Below are positions 30,095 through 39,110 of a DNA stretch of 64,000 nt, piece by piece. Under the pieces are notes generated by a model. The model ran no database searches. It worked only from the letters and a program-made list of their open reading frames with translations, and had not been told where the DNA came from. This DNA is from Candidatus Thorarchaeota archaeon (GTDB lineage Archaea; Asgardarchaeota; Thorarchaeia; Thorarchaeales; Thorarchaeaceae). A program made the translations under genes and the position numbers. The stretch lies in NCBI GenBank assembly GCA_004376265.1, contig SOKL01000115.1, positions 12,699-76,698 of the forward strand, in the 5' to 3' direction. Each line of letters begins with the position of its first letter. Position 1 is the first letter of the stretch.

Positions 30095-32716
30095 TCATTT
30101 TCGTGAAGTAAATCCATCGTAGGGATATCCCTCATAGGTGTCAGAAGATGTGTATCGTTTCAGAATCCAGAGCGCTGTTATAGTTCCCATAATCGCTATA
30201 ACACCTAATCCGATCCACCCTAGGTTTGATACCAAATATTGTATCGCCCCCACACTTGGGTCCAATGGATCAAAGCCATTATTGTGTTCCCAAGAATCTA
30301 GATAGCCATCTTCATCACTGTCAGCAAGTGTTGGATTTGTACCAATCCAGAACTCCTGCAAATTAGTCAAATCATCCATATCCGGGTCTAGATGACTGTC
30401 ATCTACTAACGGATTGAGTGAATATTTTACTTCCCATGCATCGGGCAATAGGTCAAAATCGGTGTCAGGATTGAGTGGGCTAGTACCATAGATGAACAAT
30501 TCAGCTGAGTCAGATAAGGAATCAGAATCTGTATCATTTGTAAGCGGGCTAGTACCTGCGAGATACTCATCCAAGGCTGAGAGATCATCTTCATCATTGT
30601 CCTGTAAACTATCGTCGACCAACGGATCTAATCCATACTGAACTTCCCATCCATCAGGGATGGAATCCGAGTCCGAATCGTTATTCAAAGGATCTGTGAA
30701 ATAGAAATTAACTTCAGAACCATCAGTAAGATTATCTGAGTCTGCATCAGGATTGTTAGGAGGTGTACCTAATTCGAACTCAGTTCTTGAAAGAAGTTCA
30801 TCTTCATCACAATCATGTTCTAGGATCCAGAACCCACAATCAATGTCAATCACATAGATAAAACCGTCATTGTAAAAGGAGTCTATTGACAGTCCGTTAG
30901 TTTCGTATGAACCCACCTCGGTGATATAAGTAGAGTTCTGAGCATTGAGAATTCGAAGCCCAACCCCTTCAGCAGCAACAAAAAACAGTTCATTGTCAAC
31001 ATATACTCCGCGAACATAACCTGGTACACTGTACTCCCAGATTAATCCAGGATTTGCAGGATCGGATGTGTCGAAGACCTTAACACCAAAGTTTGCAACT
31101 GTCACAACTGTGATATTGTCTTTTACATGAATTCCTGTTTTTGTACCATAGATTGTGATGCTACTGTACCGAGTGGGATTATTAGGAATACTAACATCAA
31201 CTATCACCATACCTCCTTCATGGATATAGTACACATAGTCACCAGACTTGTCGAGTGTTTCAACATCGGACCCATAGGATCCAACTTCATATGGACTTGC
31301 AGGATTACTGATATCAACAACCACCAGTCCATCTATACCACATGCAAGGTATGCAAATTGCTGATCTACATGAACATCATATGTGTAGGTGGATGTTTTA
31401 CAATTGCCTAGGAGGGTGATATCTTGGGGATTTGTAACATTGAGGATCAATAGCCCGTTGTCTCTATCAGCTACATATGCGCGATTATCAACGACGAAAA
31501 CTTCTATAGCGTGACCCGGTGTTCTGTAGTTTCCAACTTCTACAGGATATGTTGCATCGGATATGTTTACAACCCTTAAACCAGCGAGATTATTTGCGAT
31601 ATACGCATAATCTCCATTCACAAACATACCCCTGGCACTTCCACCTGTAATATGGTTTCCAACTTCTAGCGGACTAAGCAAATTTCCAGCATATATGATA
31701 CTCAACCCTCTTTCAGAAACAGGAACGTAAGCGTAATTTCCGTTAACGATAACATCGTAGCCAGGTCCTGATATCGCGCAGCGTCCTAGTGGACTAGGAG
31801 TATTTGGAGAGGTGACATTGAATATCGAAAATGCACCATCTCCTTCGTTGGGATCTCCTTCTGAAACAAAAGCAGTACCGCCTACAACTTTGACATCGGA
31901 TGAATATTCTATTGTGTCATGATGACCAACCTGAGTTGGTGATGAAGGGTTATTTACATCAATAACGTGAAGTCCACCATATCCACTTGCAAGAAAGACA
32001 TGATTTCCTTCATAGGCTATTCCCAACGATGGCCATTCAGTATCGTAATATCCTATCTCTGTAGGACTTTCTTTAACACTAACATCAAACACACGAATAC
32101 CACCGTAGCTATCGGATGCATAGACAAAGTCGCCGACAACAACAAAATCAGTTAGTTTTCCAGAGGTATCACATTGACTTATCTCAACGGGTGCTGCTGG
32201 GTCACTTACATTGACAAGTACAAGACCACGATAGCTAATGATTACATAAGCAACCTCGGATTCGACGTAAACCCCCAACGCCCAAGCTGGAGTTCTTAGA
32301 TAGCTAATTCTCTTGGGAGCAAAGACATTGCTGATGTCGATTATTTGGAGCCCACCAAGTCTAGTGGCTGTATAGACATAGTCGCCCTCTGCATATATTC
32401 CCTCAACCACATACCCCAAGAAAACGCTTGATACGTGAGTAGGTTGAGTGGGATTTGATATATTCAGAATCTCCATTTGACGTCCATTTCCAATATAGGC
32501 TAAACCACCATCAACAAATACAGCATTACAGGGACCAATTGTCCAATTTCCAGTAGCTACAACATTTTCATTTGATATTTGAGCTTCTTGTATCTTAGAA
32601 AATGATGCTGTGTTGTCTAATGGTTCAGCGATAGAAGAAACTCCTACTTGCACTTGCATCACACCCAAAATGAGAGAAACAATCAGAAATGTATGTACAA
32701 GTGCTAGTTTAGACAT
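30095..32716 (-). CDS. large surface protein: LVIVD-repeat beta-propeller region plus thrombospondin-type-3-like Asp-rich repeats plus C-terminal TM anchor
   Basis: There are at least 10 repeats of the type GLQIIDISN, GLVLVNVSDPAAP, GLHVIDVNNPSSP, GLVVVDISNPASP. These are followed by DxDxDxxxD repeats (DPDADSDNLTDG, NNDSDSDSIPDGWE, TNDTDSDSLSD, ADSDEDGYLDSWE). It has a signal peptide and a C-terminal TM. Start at ATG 32716. Confidence 0.8.
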   Translation of the reverse strand: MSKLALVHTFLIVSLILGVMQVQVGVSSIAEPLDNTASFSKIQEAQISNENVVATGNWTIGPCNAVFVDGGLAYIGNGRQMEILNISNPTQPTHVSSVFLGYVVEGIYAEGDYVYTATRLGGLQIIDISNVFAPKRISYLRTPAWALGVYVESEVAYVIISYRGLVLVNVSDPAAPVEISQCDTSGKLTDFVVVGDFVYASDSYGGIRVFDVSVKESPTEIGYYDTEWPSLGIAYEGNHVFLASGYGGLHVIDVNNPSSPTQVGHHDTIEYSSDVKVVGGTAFVSEGDPNEGDGAFSIFNVTSPNTPSPLGRCAISGPGYDVIVNGNYAYVPVSERGLSIIYAGNLLSPLEVGNHITGGSARGMFVNGDYAYIANNLAGLRVVNISDATYPVEVGNYRTPGHAIEVFVVDNRAYVADRDNGLLILNVTNPQDITLLGNCKTSTYTYDVHVDQQFAYLACGIDGLVVVDISNPASPYEVGSYGSDVETLDKSGDYVYYIHEGGMVIVDVSIPNNPTRYSSITIYGTKTGIHVKDNITVVTVANFGVKVFDTSDPANPGLIWEYSVPGYVRGVYVDNELFFVAAEGVGLRILNAQNSTYITEVGSYETNGLSIDSFYNDGFIYVIDIDCGFWILEHDCDEDELLSRTEFELGTPPNNPDADSDNLTDGSEVNFYFTDPLNNDSDSDSIPDGWEVQYGLDPLVDDSLQDNDEDDLSALDEYLAGTSPLTNDTDSDSLSDSAELFIYGTSPLNPDTDFDLLPDAWEVKYSLNPLVDDSHLDPDMDDLTNLQEFWIGTNPTLADSDEDGYLDSWEHNNGFDPLDPSVGAIQYLVSNLGWIGLGVIAIMGTITALWILKRYTSSDTYEGYPYDGFTSRK

Positions 32717-32889
32717 TACAGAGCTCTCATCAACACAACACATCCGTTTGTTAATAATCTTGACAAAATAGCATCATCGTACTATTTCAAATCAATGACC
32801 TGAAACTACAATGGAAGCTGCATTGATAACCTCTCAAGTATAGTACCGAGGTAGGGATTTCGCAAGACACCGAAAAGGAGTGTTGAAAA

Positions 32890-33111
32890 GTGGGAAAGAC
32901 AGGAGTCGCAGGTGGCGTTTTAATCTTCATAGCAGGCTTGGCAGTTACCCTCGATGATCTACATGATTTTGTGCCAGGTACTGAGTTTCTTCAATGGATA
33001 CCAGGTGGTACCGATCCATTCATCATATTTGGATTTCAATTGCACCATCTCTACCTAGGCGTTATACTCATGCTGATTGGACTGGCCATAGCAATGAAGT
33101 ACGATGAGTAG
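32890..33111 (+). CDS. small hypothetical membrane protein
   Basis: 73 aa with two hydrophobic segments. No other support. Confidence 0.3.
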   Translation: MGKTGVAGGVLIFIAGLAVTLDDLHDFVPGTEFLQWIPGGTDPFIIFGFQLHHLYLGVILMLIGLAIAMKYDE

Positions 33112-33123
33112 TAGGCTTGAAAC

Positions 33124-33537
33124 CTACTTCTCGCTCTTGATTCGAGGTTCAGCTACGACCTGTATTGGATTGCCCTCAGGGTCCTTCAGATTGAAATAGG
33201 AAACCATGTCAGGAAGATCAGTTATGTCAGAAGTGTCGACTCCCTTAGTCTTAAGGTAAGTCTTGCAAGCATCAAGGTCTTCAACATCCATTGTGAGTGT
33301 TCCCGAACCCTGACGATGTTCACCCTCGCGTAACAGGTTGATACCTAATTTTGCACCTTCTGCAGGAAGTGCAAACTCAGCCCATCCAACCTCTGCATCA
33401 CCATCCCAAGTTATCTCAAATCCCATAACTTCGGAATAGAACTTCTTAGCACGATTAAAGTCCTTTACTTGATACTGGAAGTACACTGATCCCTTTTTGT
33501 AAGGCATTGGCCATTTCTTGTCGCCCATAGTAATCAC
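33124..33537 (-). CDS. glyoxalase/VOC-family protein
   Basis: VYFQYQVKDFNRAKKFYSEVMGFEI and ..FNLKDPEGNPIQV are typical of the VOC beta-alpha-beta-beta-beta modules. Confidence 0.75.
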   Translation of the reverse strand: MITMGDKKWPMPYKKGSVYFQYQVKDFNRAKKFYSEVMGFEITWDGDAEVGWAEFALPAEGAKLGINLLREGEHRQGSGTLTMDVEDLDACKTYLKTKGVDTSDITDLPDMVSYFNLKDPEGNPIQVVAEPRIKSEK

Positions 33538-33610
33538 ATTCGTTGATGGTTTGATATGTATTTAACTATTGTGAATTGAGAGTGGCGAATGCTCAAGTTC
33601 AGTAGAAGGA

Positions 33611-34621
33611 CTATGATAATGCGCCGATAATTAGCAGAGGAAAGATGATAGTTGCATCACCAATGACTGTTTCAAAGTTAGCCTCGGACTGCATCTTCTG
33701 CCAGGAAACACCCTCTACAAGTGGAGCTCCTCCTAGACTACCTCCTTCAGGACGGTCAAGTGTGATTTGTACAGCCATATCGAGACCTCCCCTTAGGATT
33801 GTAGATCCCATTGTGAAATGCTTGGTGAGACCTCCGCCAAGCATGATTGCACCAGTCTTCTTCTGTTTAGTCACAATATTTCCCAAGATACGAAGGTCCT
33901 TCACAAAGTCGAGAACCAGGTTTTTGGTTGTGCTATAGGTATAGAGATGGAATCCAAGCATTGAGTCCATGAGTCCAGGTGAAAAGATGGGAACTCCATG
34001 TTCAGAGGCTTGTTTCACAATAGATGTAGCATCATCTATAGTGTGACCCAATTCAGTAAGGAATTCACTTGGTGCTAAGGTTGTGAGTTTTTCCGCTGAA
34101 AGAGTATCGAGGAATGCGTAGATGCCCTTCTCAAAAAGCTCAAAGTCCTTCTCATGAACAAAGATGTCAGCTATTCGACCCATTCCAGCTTCTCTAAGCT
34201 CATGGTCATCTTTCGAAGGGGGTACTCGATAGTGACCACCACCATACGCCTCAACGAGATCATGGACGATGTTAGCCCCACTAGTAATTATTGTATCAAT
34301 AATCCCCTTCTCAACAAGGTGACTCACAAGGGTTCGTAGACCCCCAGGAACCATAGGACCTGACATTGAGAGAAACGTGAAACACTCAGGGTCTTCGAAA
34401 AGCCGTTTTGTGATGCTTGTGGCTCTGCCAAATCTACCTGCGCCAAGCACACCTACTCCTGACATTGCATCAACAAACTCGGAGATGCTTTTCGTCTTCT
34501 CTGGATTTATGTGATTGACCTTGTCCAAAAGAGCCACCAACAGCGAACCAGTTTGTGATTGGTGATAAATTGTTCTGTTATAAAAAGTAGAGGCGAGTCT
34601 AGGTCGGACCCGGGAGGGCAT
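33611..34621 (-). CDS. dys: deoxyhypusine synthase
   Basis: LSMSGPMVPGGLR, IITSGANIVHD and GGGLTKHF are typical DHS motifs. ATG 34621 is preferred over GTG 34633. Confidence 0.9.
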   Translation of the reverse strand: MPSRVRPRLASTFYNRTIYHQSQTGSLLVALLDKVNHINPEKTKSISEFVDAMSGVGVLGAGRFGRATSITKRLFEDPECFTFLSMSGPMVPGGLRTLVSHLVEKGIIDTIITSGANIVHDLVEAYGGGHYRVPPSKDDHELREAGMGRIADIFVHEKDFELFEKGIYAFLDTLSAEKLTTLAPSEFLTELGHTIDDATSIVKQASEHGVPIFSPGLMDSMLGFHLYTYSTTKNLVLDFVKDLRILGNIVTKQKKTGAIMLGGGLTKHFTMGSTILRGGLDMAVQITLDRPEGGSLGGAPLVEGVSWQKMQSEANFETVIGDATIIFPLLIIGALS

Positions 34622-34855
34622 GACCAAGACCACTCATTGTTAATTGGACATCAAATTGTCCACCCAGGAGCGGCACTGGGTTTAAACACGACCAAGACCC
34701 GCGAAAATCCACAATAGATTCCAAGATTAGTAGGAATCTGAAGATGGTTCACTTTTCCCTAATGAGAGTGTCCTATTCCTAGCACAATCTCCGAGTGGGG
34801 AGTGTACCGAAAGTAATCGATAGACACTCTTCAATACGTTTAAACGCATACTCTC

Positions 34856-35503
34856 GTGGGATGTCGCATGCAGCTGCCTGTCTATAACATGCTTACATTT
34901 GTGATATTTCTGCAGGCCCTTTTGCTGCAGACCTTTTGGTTGTTCATTGGACGTCGAGCTAGAAACAAATACCTGTATGATATCATGCATTTCAAAGAGC
35001 CAACTTCAGTAATGTCAAAATACTACCACTGGCGTGTTACCCGTTTCATGAACGCAGTGGTAGAGGGTATATTGTTCCAGTTTATCCTAGTAGGATCGTT
35101 AATGGTGGTTTCAATATTCATTGCTGATTTGTCCCTGTTTATGGATTCCATTCTCTTTGTTGCATTCGTCATGATTCTCTCGTTCGTCAGCTCAATGCAG
35201 ATGGCAAGGCGCGTAAAAGAGATCAATGATCAAGAGAACACAATCGTCACATCTATTGGTACTTCCACTGACAAATTCGGAATTGCAAGAGCTATGGTTG
35301 ATAATCTCTTTATGCAGGGTTCAATGGGTGATGGAAGGGTGTGGTTTGCACTATATAGAATCGCGCAATTACCTAATCCAATCGGATATATCATCAGAGA
35401 TGTATTATTTGAGAAGAACAGAGAGGTAGCTCGTTCGATGAAATATGCTAAGAAGGATGATCCATTTTCTACTCCTGATTCAGGTCCAGGAATTGAGTCC
35501 TGA
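34856..35503 (+). CDS. hypothetical membrane protein with C-terminal soluble domain
   Basis: Two or three TM helices are followed by about 100 polar residues. The start is ambiguous (34856, 34889 or 34985). Confidence 0.45.
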   Translation: MGCRMQLPVYNMLTFVIFLQALLLQTFWLFIGRRARNKYLYDIMHFKEPTSVMSKYYHWRVTRFMNAVVEGILFQFILVGSLMVVSIFIADLSLFMDSILFVAFVMILSFVSSMQMARRVKEINDQENTIVTSIGTSTDKFGIARAMVDNLFMQGSMGDGRVWFALYRIAQLPNPIGYIIRDVLFEKNREVARSMKYAKKDDPFSTPDSGPGIES

Positions 35504-35569
35504 GAAAAATGGAGTCTATTCAGTAAGTCTTATATCCAATTCCTAGGGGCGTTCACGAGAACTCCAATA

Positions 35570-35574
35570 GGAGG
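35570..35574 (+). promoter_or_regulatory. Shine-Dalgarno-like GGAGG upstream of rpl35ae
   Basis: GGAGG lies 8 nt upstream of ATG 35583. Confidence 0.5.
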
Positions 35575-35582
35575 AACTCCGC

Positions 35583-35867
35583 ATGTCAAAGAGTAAGGTC
35601 CTAACTGGCCGCAGAGGCGTTGTAGCAAGTTATCGTAGAGGTAAGCACCTACAACACACAAATCAGGTGATTCTAATTTTCGATGAGGTAAAGACACGAG
35701 CGGAGGCCGCAGCCTTGGTCAGCCGAAAAGTGAAATGGACTTCACCAGAAGAGAAAGAGTTCTTGGGCAATGTTCTTGGAGCGCATGGAAACAGCGGCGC
35801 AGTGCGTGCTAAGTTCCGCACAAATCTTCCAGGACAGGCAATCGGAACACCTGTTTTTCTGTTGTAA
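35583..35867 (+). CDS. rpl35ae: 50S ribosomal protein eL33 (L35Ae)
   Basis: ..YRRGKHLQHTNQVIL..., GNVLGAHGNSGAVRAKFRTNLPGQAIG is the L35Ae signature. Confidence 0.9.
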   Translation: MSKSKVLTGRRGVVASYRRGKHLQHTNQVILIFDEVKTRAEAAALVSRKVKWTSPEEKEFLGNVLGAHGNSGAVRAKFRTNLPGQAIGTPVFLL

Positions 35868-35997
35868 CCAATCACTAAGTTTTATCAAGACATCAGTGGA
35901 TGCCTAACCGGCTCCGATGATGCAAATTGGCTATCTGAGGACAGAAATGTCCAGCGACGAGTCATAGTTAGACTGAGGGGCCACATCTTGAATTGGG

Positions 35998-36573
35998 TTG
36001 TCTGTTTGTGGATGGAGGATAGAGATGCTTGATTGGATGATGTATTTCTTAGCGTACTTGTTTGCAGGATTTACACTCAAACTAGGTGATGATTTGCTGG
36101 ACGAGCTCGACAGCAAAGATCTGGCTTGGTATCCTCTAGCAATATCAGGAGTCCTTTTTGGATTACTCATGACGGTTTCAGAATGGGATTTAGTCCTCTT
36201 GACCAGTATTTTGATTGCAGTAATCGTGTCTGGGAAAGTTAACAGACCTCAGTTCATGGTAGGCTTCATTTTGATTATTGGGACAATTTGGTTGATTGGA
36301 TTTCCAGTTCTAACGACATGGTTAGACTTGTTTGCGCTTCTCATCATACTCTTTTTAGCCGCGGTTCTCGACGAAAAGGGCAATGATTGGGCAGACCAAG
36401 ACCACTCTCCAGTGGCGTATAAACTATTCAAATATAGATTCACACTCAAACTAGTTGCACTATTTCTTATCATTCCTTGGCCAATGTTTCTTGCAACCGC
36501 TCTAGGTCTCTGGGTCTTTGATTTTGGATATGAACTCTCAGGGTGGATAGTCAGGACTCGAGTCACATCATAG
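35998..36573 (+). CDS. hypothetical polytopic membrane protein
   Basis: About 6 hydrophobic helices and two acidic loops (KLGDDLLDE, VLDEKGND). The start is uncertain. Confidence 0.5.
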   Translation: MSVCGWRIEMLDWMMYFLAYLFAGFTLKLGDDLLDELDSKDLAWYPLAISGVLFGLLMTVSEWDLVLLTSILIAVIVSGKVNRPQFMVGFILIIGTIWLIGFPVLTTWLDLFALLIILFLAAVLDEKGNDWADQDHSPVAYKLFKYRFTLKLVALFLIIPWPMFLATALGLWVFDFGYELSGWIVRTRVTS

Positions 36574-37570
36574 TCTTGTACGCCAGACTGCAACAGATAT
36601 CCAAAAAGATTGGTTCTAGACCCATATTCCGGGCCAGATCGACACCCTCCTGACTGATGAGTGCAACACCATTCGTTCCACTCCTTATTGCAAATGCATC
36701 AGTGTCTATCTTGTGTTGACCCATAGGTCGTGCACATCCAAGAAGGAGAGGGATGTTTTTCAATCCGAGCCTCGCAATAGTCGTTATACGACCGATATCT
36801 TCAGGCGTGGGTGGATCAACTCCTTCCATCGCGGTCTTACGAATTGGGCTCAGGGCAATGATGACAATGGCAGCTGGCGAACCCTGTCCTATCATCTCCA
36901 GAGCTTCTAGCTCACCTCCAAGTTTACCATAGTCCAGTCCCACAAGGACATGGGGAACAGTGGGAACATTGAGCGATTCTAAGATGTCAAGTGAACGACG
37001 CATCTTCTCTGGTCCGTTCTTGATGTGATATACCTCTCGTGCAACCCTCTCGTCCCCAATGACATCAAGCATTGCCGCGTCAATCTGTGCTTCAGCCAAA
37101 GACTGTGCAGTCTGTTCACTCACAAGACCTGTATGTACAACAACTTCGAGATTCAATTCAGACTTTATCCGCCCAATGGCATCCCCAAATCGTTCAAGAG
37201 GAACGTATCCTTCTGAATCAGACCCACCACTGATCAATACACCTTCTCCACCTTGACTCTCAATCTGTTTACAGCGCTCGAAGAGGGTTTCAGGTGTGAT
37301 TGTGGATTCCATCCCTTTCAAGAGTTGTCCATTGCAGTGTTCGCAATTTAACGAGCAGCTTGTGCCAGTCACACTGAGAGAAACAAAATTGTTAGCCCTT
37401 ACTTGCTTGTGGTCCTTAATCTCATAGGGATAGGCGGTTGGACTGTAGCTGAGTAGTTCGTTTCCAAAGACTCTCAGACGTTCGTTGAAGCCCTGTTTCA
37501 TCCAATCCTTTAGCTCACTAGATGATGCCTGTAAGATTGATGTCCCATCAGAGATGAAATCAAAGTTCAC
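36563..37570 (-). CDS. radical SAM protein
   Basis: CSLNCEHC is the CX3CX2C motif. A GGE-like LISGG element is present. The C-terminus has a CCS motif. The subfamily could not be assigned. Confidence 0.8.
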   Translation of the reverse strand: MNFDFISDGTSILQASSSELKDWMKQGFNERLRVFGNELLSYSPTAYPYEIKDHKQVRANNFVSLSVTGTSCSLNCEHCNGQLLKGMESTITPETLFERCKQIESQGGEGVLISGGSDSEGYVPLERFGDAIGRIKSELNLEVVVHTGLVSEQTAQSLAEAQIDAAMLDVIGDERVAREVYHIKNGPEKMRRSLDILESLNVPTVPHVLVGLDYGKLGGELEALEMIGQGSPAAIVIIALSPIRKTAMEGVDPPTPEDIGRITTIARLGLKNIPLLLGCARPMGQHKIDTDAFAIRSGTNGVALISQEGVDLARNMGLEPIFLDICCSLAYKTMM

Positions 37571-37847
37571 TTATGTGCCTCTAGTAAACTCAGGAAACTC
37601 CTGCTTTTAGCATTACCATATTGACAAGATGGATACAAACAAGAACTAATTGGACATCAGACTGCACAGCTCATCACAGACATGTATGAGTGCATATTAA
37701 TTTCCATAAAAACTGAATCTATTTATTTGTTCTTTGACACCAAAAACGTTACGATTTATGGTACTTCTGAAAGCCATGCGATCTAACACACTCCCTCATA
37801 CAAAAGGAATTGTATGAGCTCATATACTTGTATCAGCATGAAACATT

Positions 37848-38165
37848 ATGAAAGAACTAGGTCTGCGGACTAGAGCCCAGAAAAAGGTTCGACGTGCGCG
37901 ACCAAAAGCCCGTAAGAAGAATTTGAATAACTCTTCTAAAGGGAAGTCCTTACTCTCCAAGAAGGAACTCGCATCAGGTTCTGGAGAGTCTGCAGCTGTT
38001 CACTTTGTCCAAATGGACCTTGTCAGTTCCAGTGATGAAGCTGATGGGAGTGATGATGACCTCGCTGTGGAAAGAACTGTGGAAACTCTCTCTGTGACTG
38101 GAAGTGATGACCCAGCATCAATACAGGAGAAGGAGGCCTGGTCTGTAGGAGGGATCCCATCCTGA
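37848..38165 (+). CDS. doubtful ORF: basic N-terminus, acidic/Ser-rich C-terminus
   Basis: It is the only ORF of at least 100 codons in an 800-nt gap. It is low-complexity and shares the interval with overlapping antisense ORFs of similar length. Confidence 0.25.
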   Translation: MKELGLRTRAQKKVRRARPKARKKNLNNSSKGKSLLSKKELASGSGESAAVHFVQMDLVSSSDEADGSDDDLAVERTVETLSVTGSDDPASIQEKEAWSVGGIPS

Positions 38166-38369
38166 TGATGACAGACAATGCTCTTGCTGATCTTGAAATC
38201 CCTTGGGTTTCGAGAGGTGGTGACACTGGCAAGAGAAGGGCGGAACACAGAAGTTTCTTGCTGTTGTGGTTCATTCACATTAAAATGTAAGAAATAGGTT
38301 ATAGGTTATGATAAAAAGGATGGATAACCAGAATTAATTAGAAACAAATGAGAGAGGTCTGAATCGGAG

Positions 38370-39110
38370 ATGAATTTAGCCAAAAAGATATTCAAGACTG
38401 CCCATGAGGAGGGTAGAACTTTTGTCCTAGAGCATGAAGCGAAGGACATAATGAAGGCATATGGTATCCCAATCCCTGCTTATGCAACAGCAAGTACAGC
38501 TGACGAAGCAGTCACCAAATCAAAAGAGATTGGATTTCCTGTGGTGCTTAAAATTCTCTCTAAGGATATTCTGCACAAATCTGATGCGGGAGGAGTCAAA
38601 ATCAACCTCAAAGATGAGGACTCTGTTCGAAAAGCATTCGATGATATCATGGAGAACGCGACAAATTACGGAAAAGAAAAGGGAATTGAGGTTGACCTCA
38701 GTCGTGGTGTATTCATCTCGGATTTTGTAGACATGGGCACCGAGATTATCGTAGGAGTAACAAAGGACCCGCAATTTGGGCATGCTCTGATGGCAGGATT
38801 GGGAGGGATCTTTGTAGAGGTTCTCAAAGATGTGTCATTTAGGTTGATACCATTCACTGAGGTGGATGCGAGAGAGATGCTAGGTGAACTCAAAGCCTAC
38901 AAGATACTCGAGGGTGTTCGAGGTCAAGAACCTCGTGACGTGGATTCATTAATCAATGTCATGCTAGCAGTATCCAAGATGATTGTGGAGAATCCTGAGA
39001 TAACCGAACTAGACTGTAATCCAACTTTTGTATATGAAAAAGGAAAGGGCTCATTGGTCGTAGACGCTAGGATACTAATTGGTAATTCAGATTCAACTAC
39101 TAGCCACTGA
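38370..39110 (+). CDS. acdB: ADP-forming acetyl-CoA synthetase beta subunit (ATP-grasp)
   Basis: LEHEAKDIMKAYGIPIP...IGFPVVLKILSKDILHKSDAGGVKINL is the typical ACD beta / ATP-grasp_5 pattern. About 245 aa. Confidence 0.85.
   Translation: MNLAKKIFKTAHEEGRTFVLEHEAKDIMKAYGIPIPAYATASTADEAVTKSKEIGFPVVLKILSKDILHKSDAGGVKINLKDEDSVRKAFDDIMENATNYGKEKGIEVDLSRGVFISDFVDMGTEIIVGVTKDPQFGHALMAGLGGIFVEVLKDVSFRLIPFTEVDAREMLGELKAYKILEGVRGQEPRDVDSLINVMLAVSKMIVENPEITELDCNPTFVYEKGKGSLVVDARILIGNSDSTTSH

Noticed and set aside
34641-34653. The 13-mer TAATTGGACATCA recurs at 37647-37659. Both copies lie in regions upstream of minus-strand genes (dys and the radical SAM gene). I considered it as a shared operator.
   Set aside because: A back-of-envelope expectation for exact 13-mer repeats in a 64-kb window is tens of chance pairs. 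The distances to the two starts also differ (about 10-20 nt versus about 80 nt).
38161-38230. A C/D-box sRNA-like pattern: TGATGATGA, then CTGA 15 nt later.
   Set aside because: There is no convincing C' box or terminal D box, and no terminal stem. The spacing is off for archaeal C/D guides. The TGATGA also doubles as the stop region of the doubtful ORF.
38370-39110. An ADP-forming acetyl-CoA synthetase beta subunit with no adjacent alpha subunit.
   Set aside because: Unlinked alpha and beta genes are known from other archaea (e.g. Pyrococcus), so this is not remarkable.
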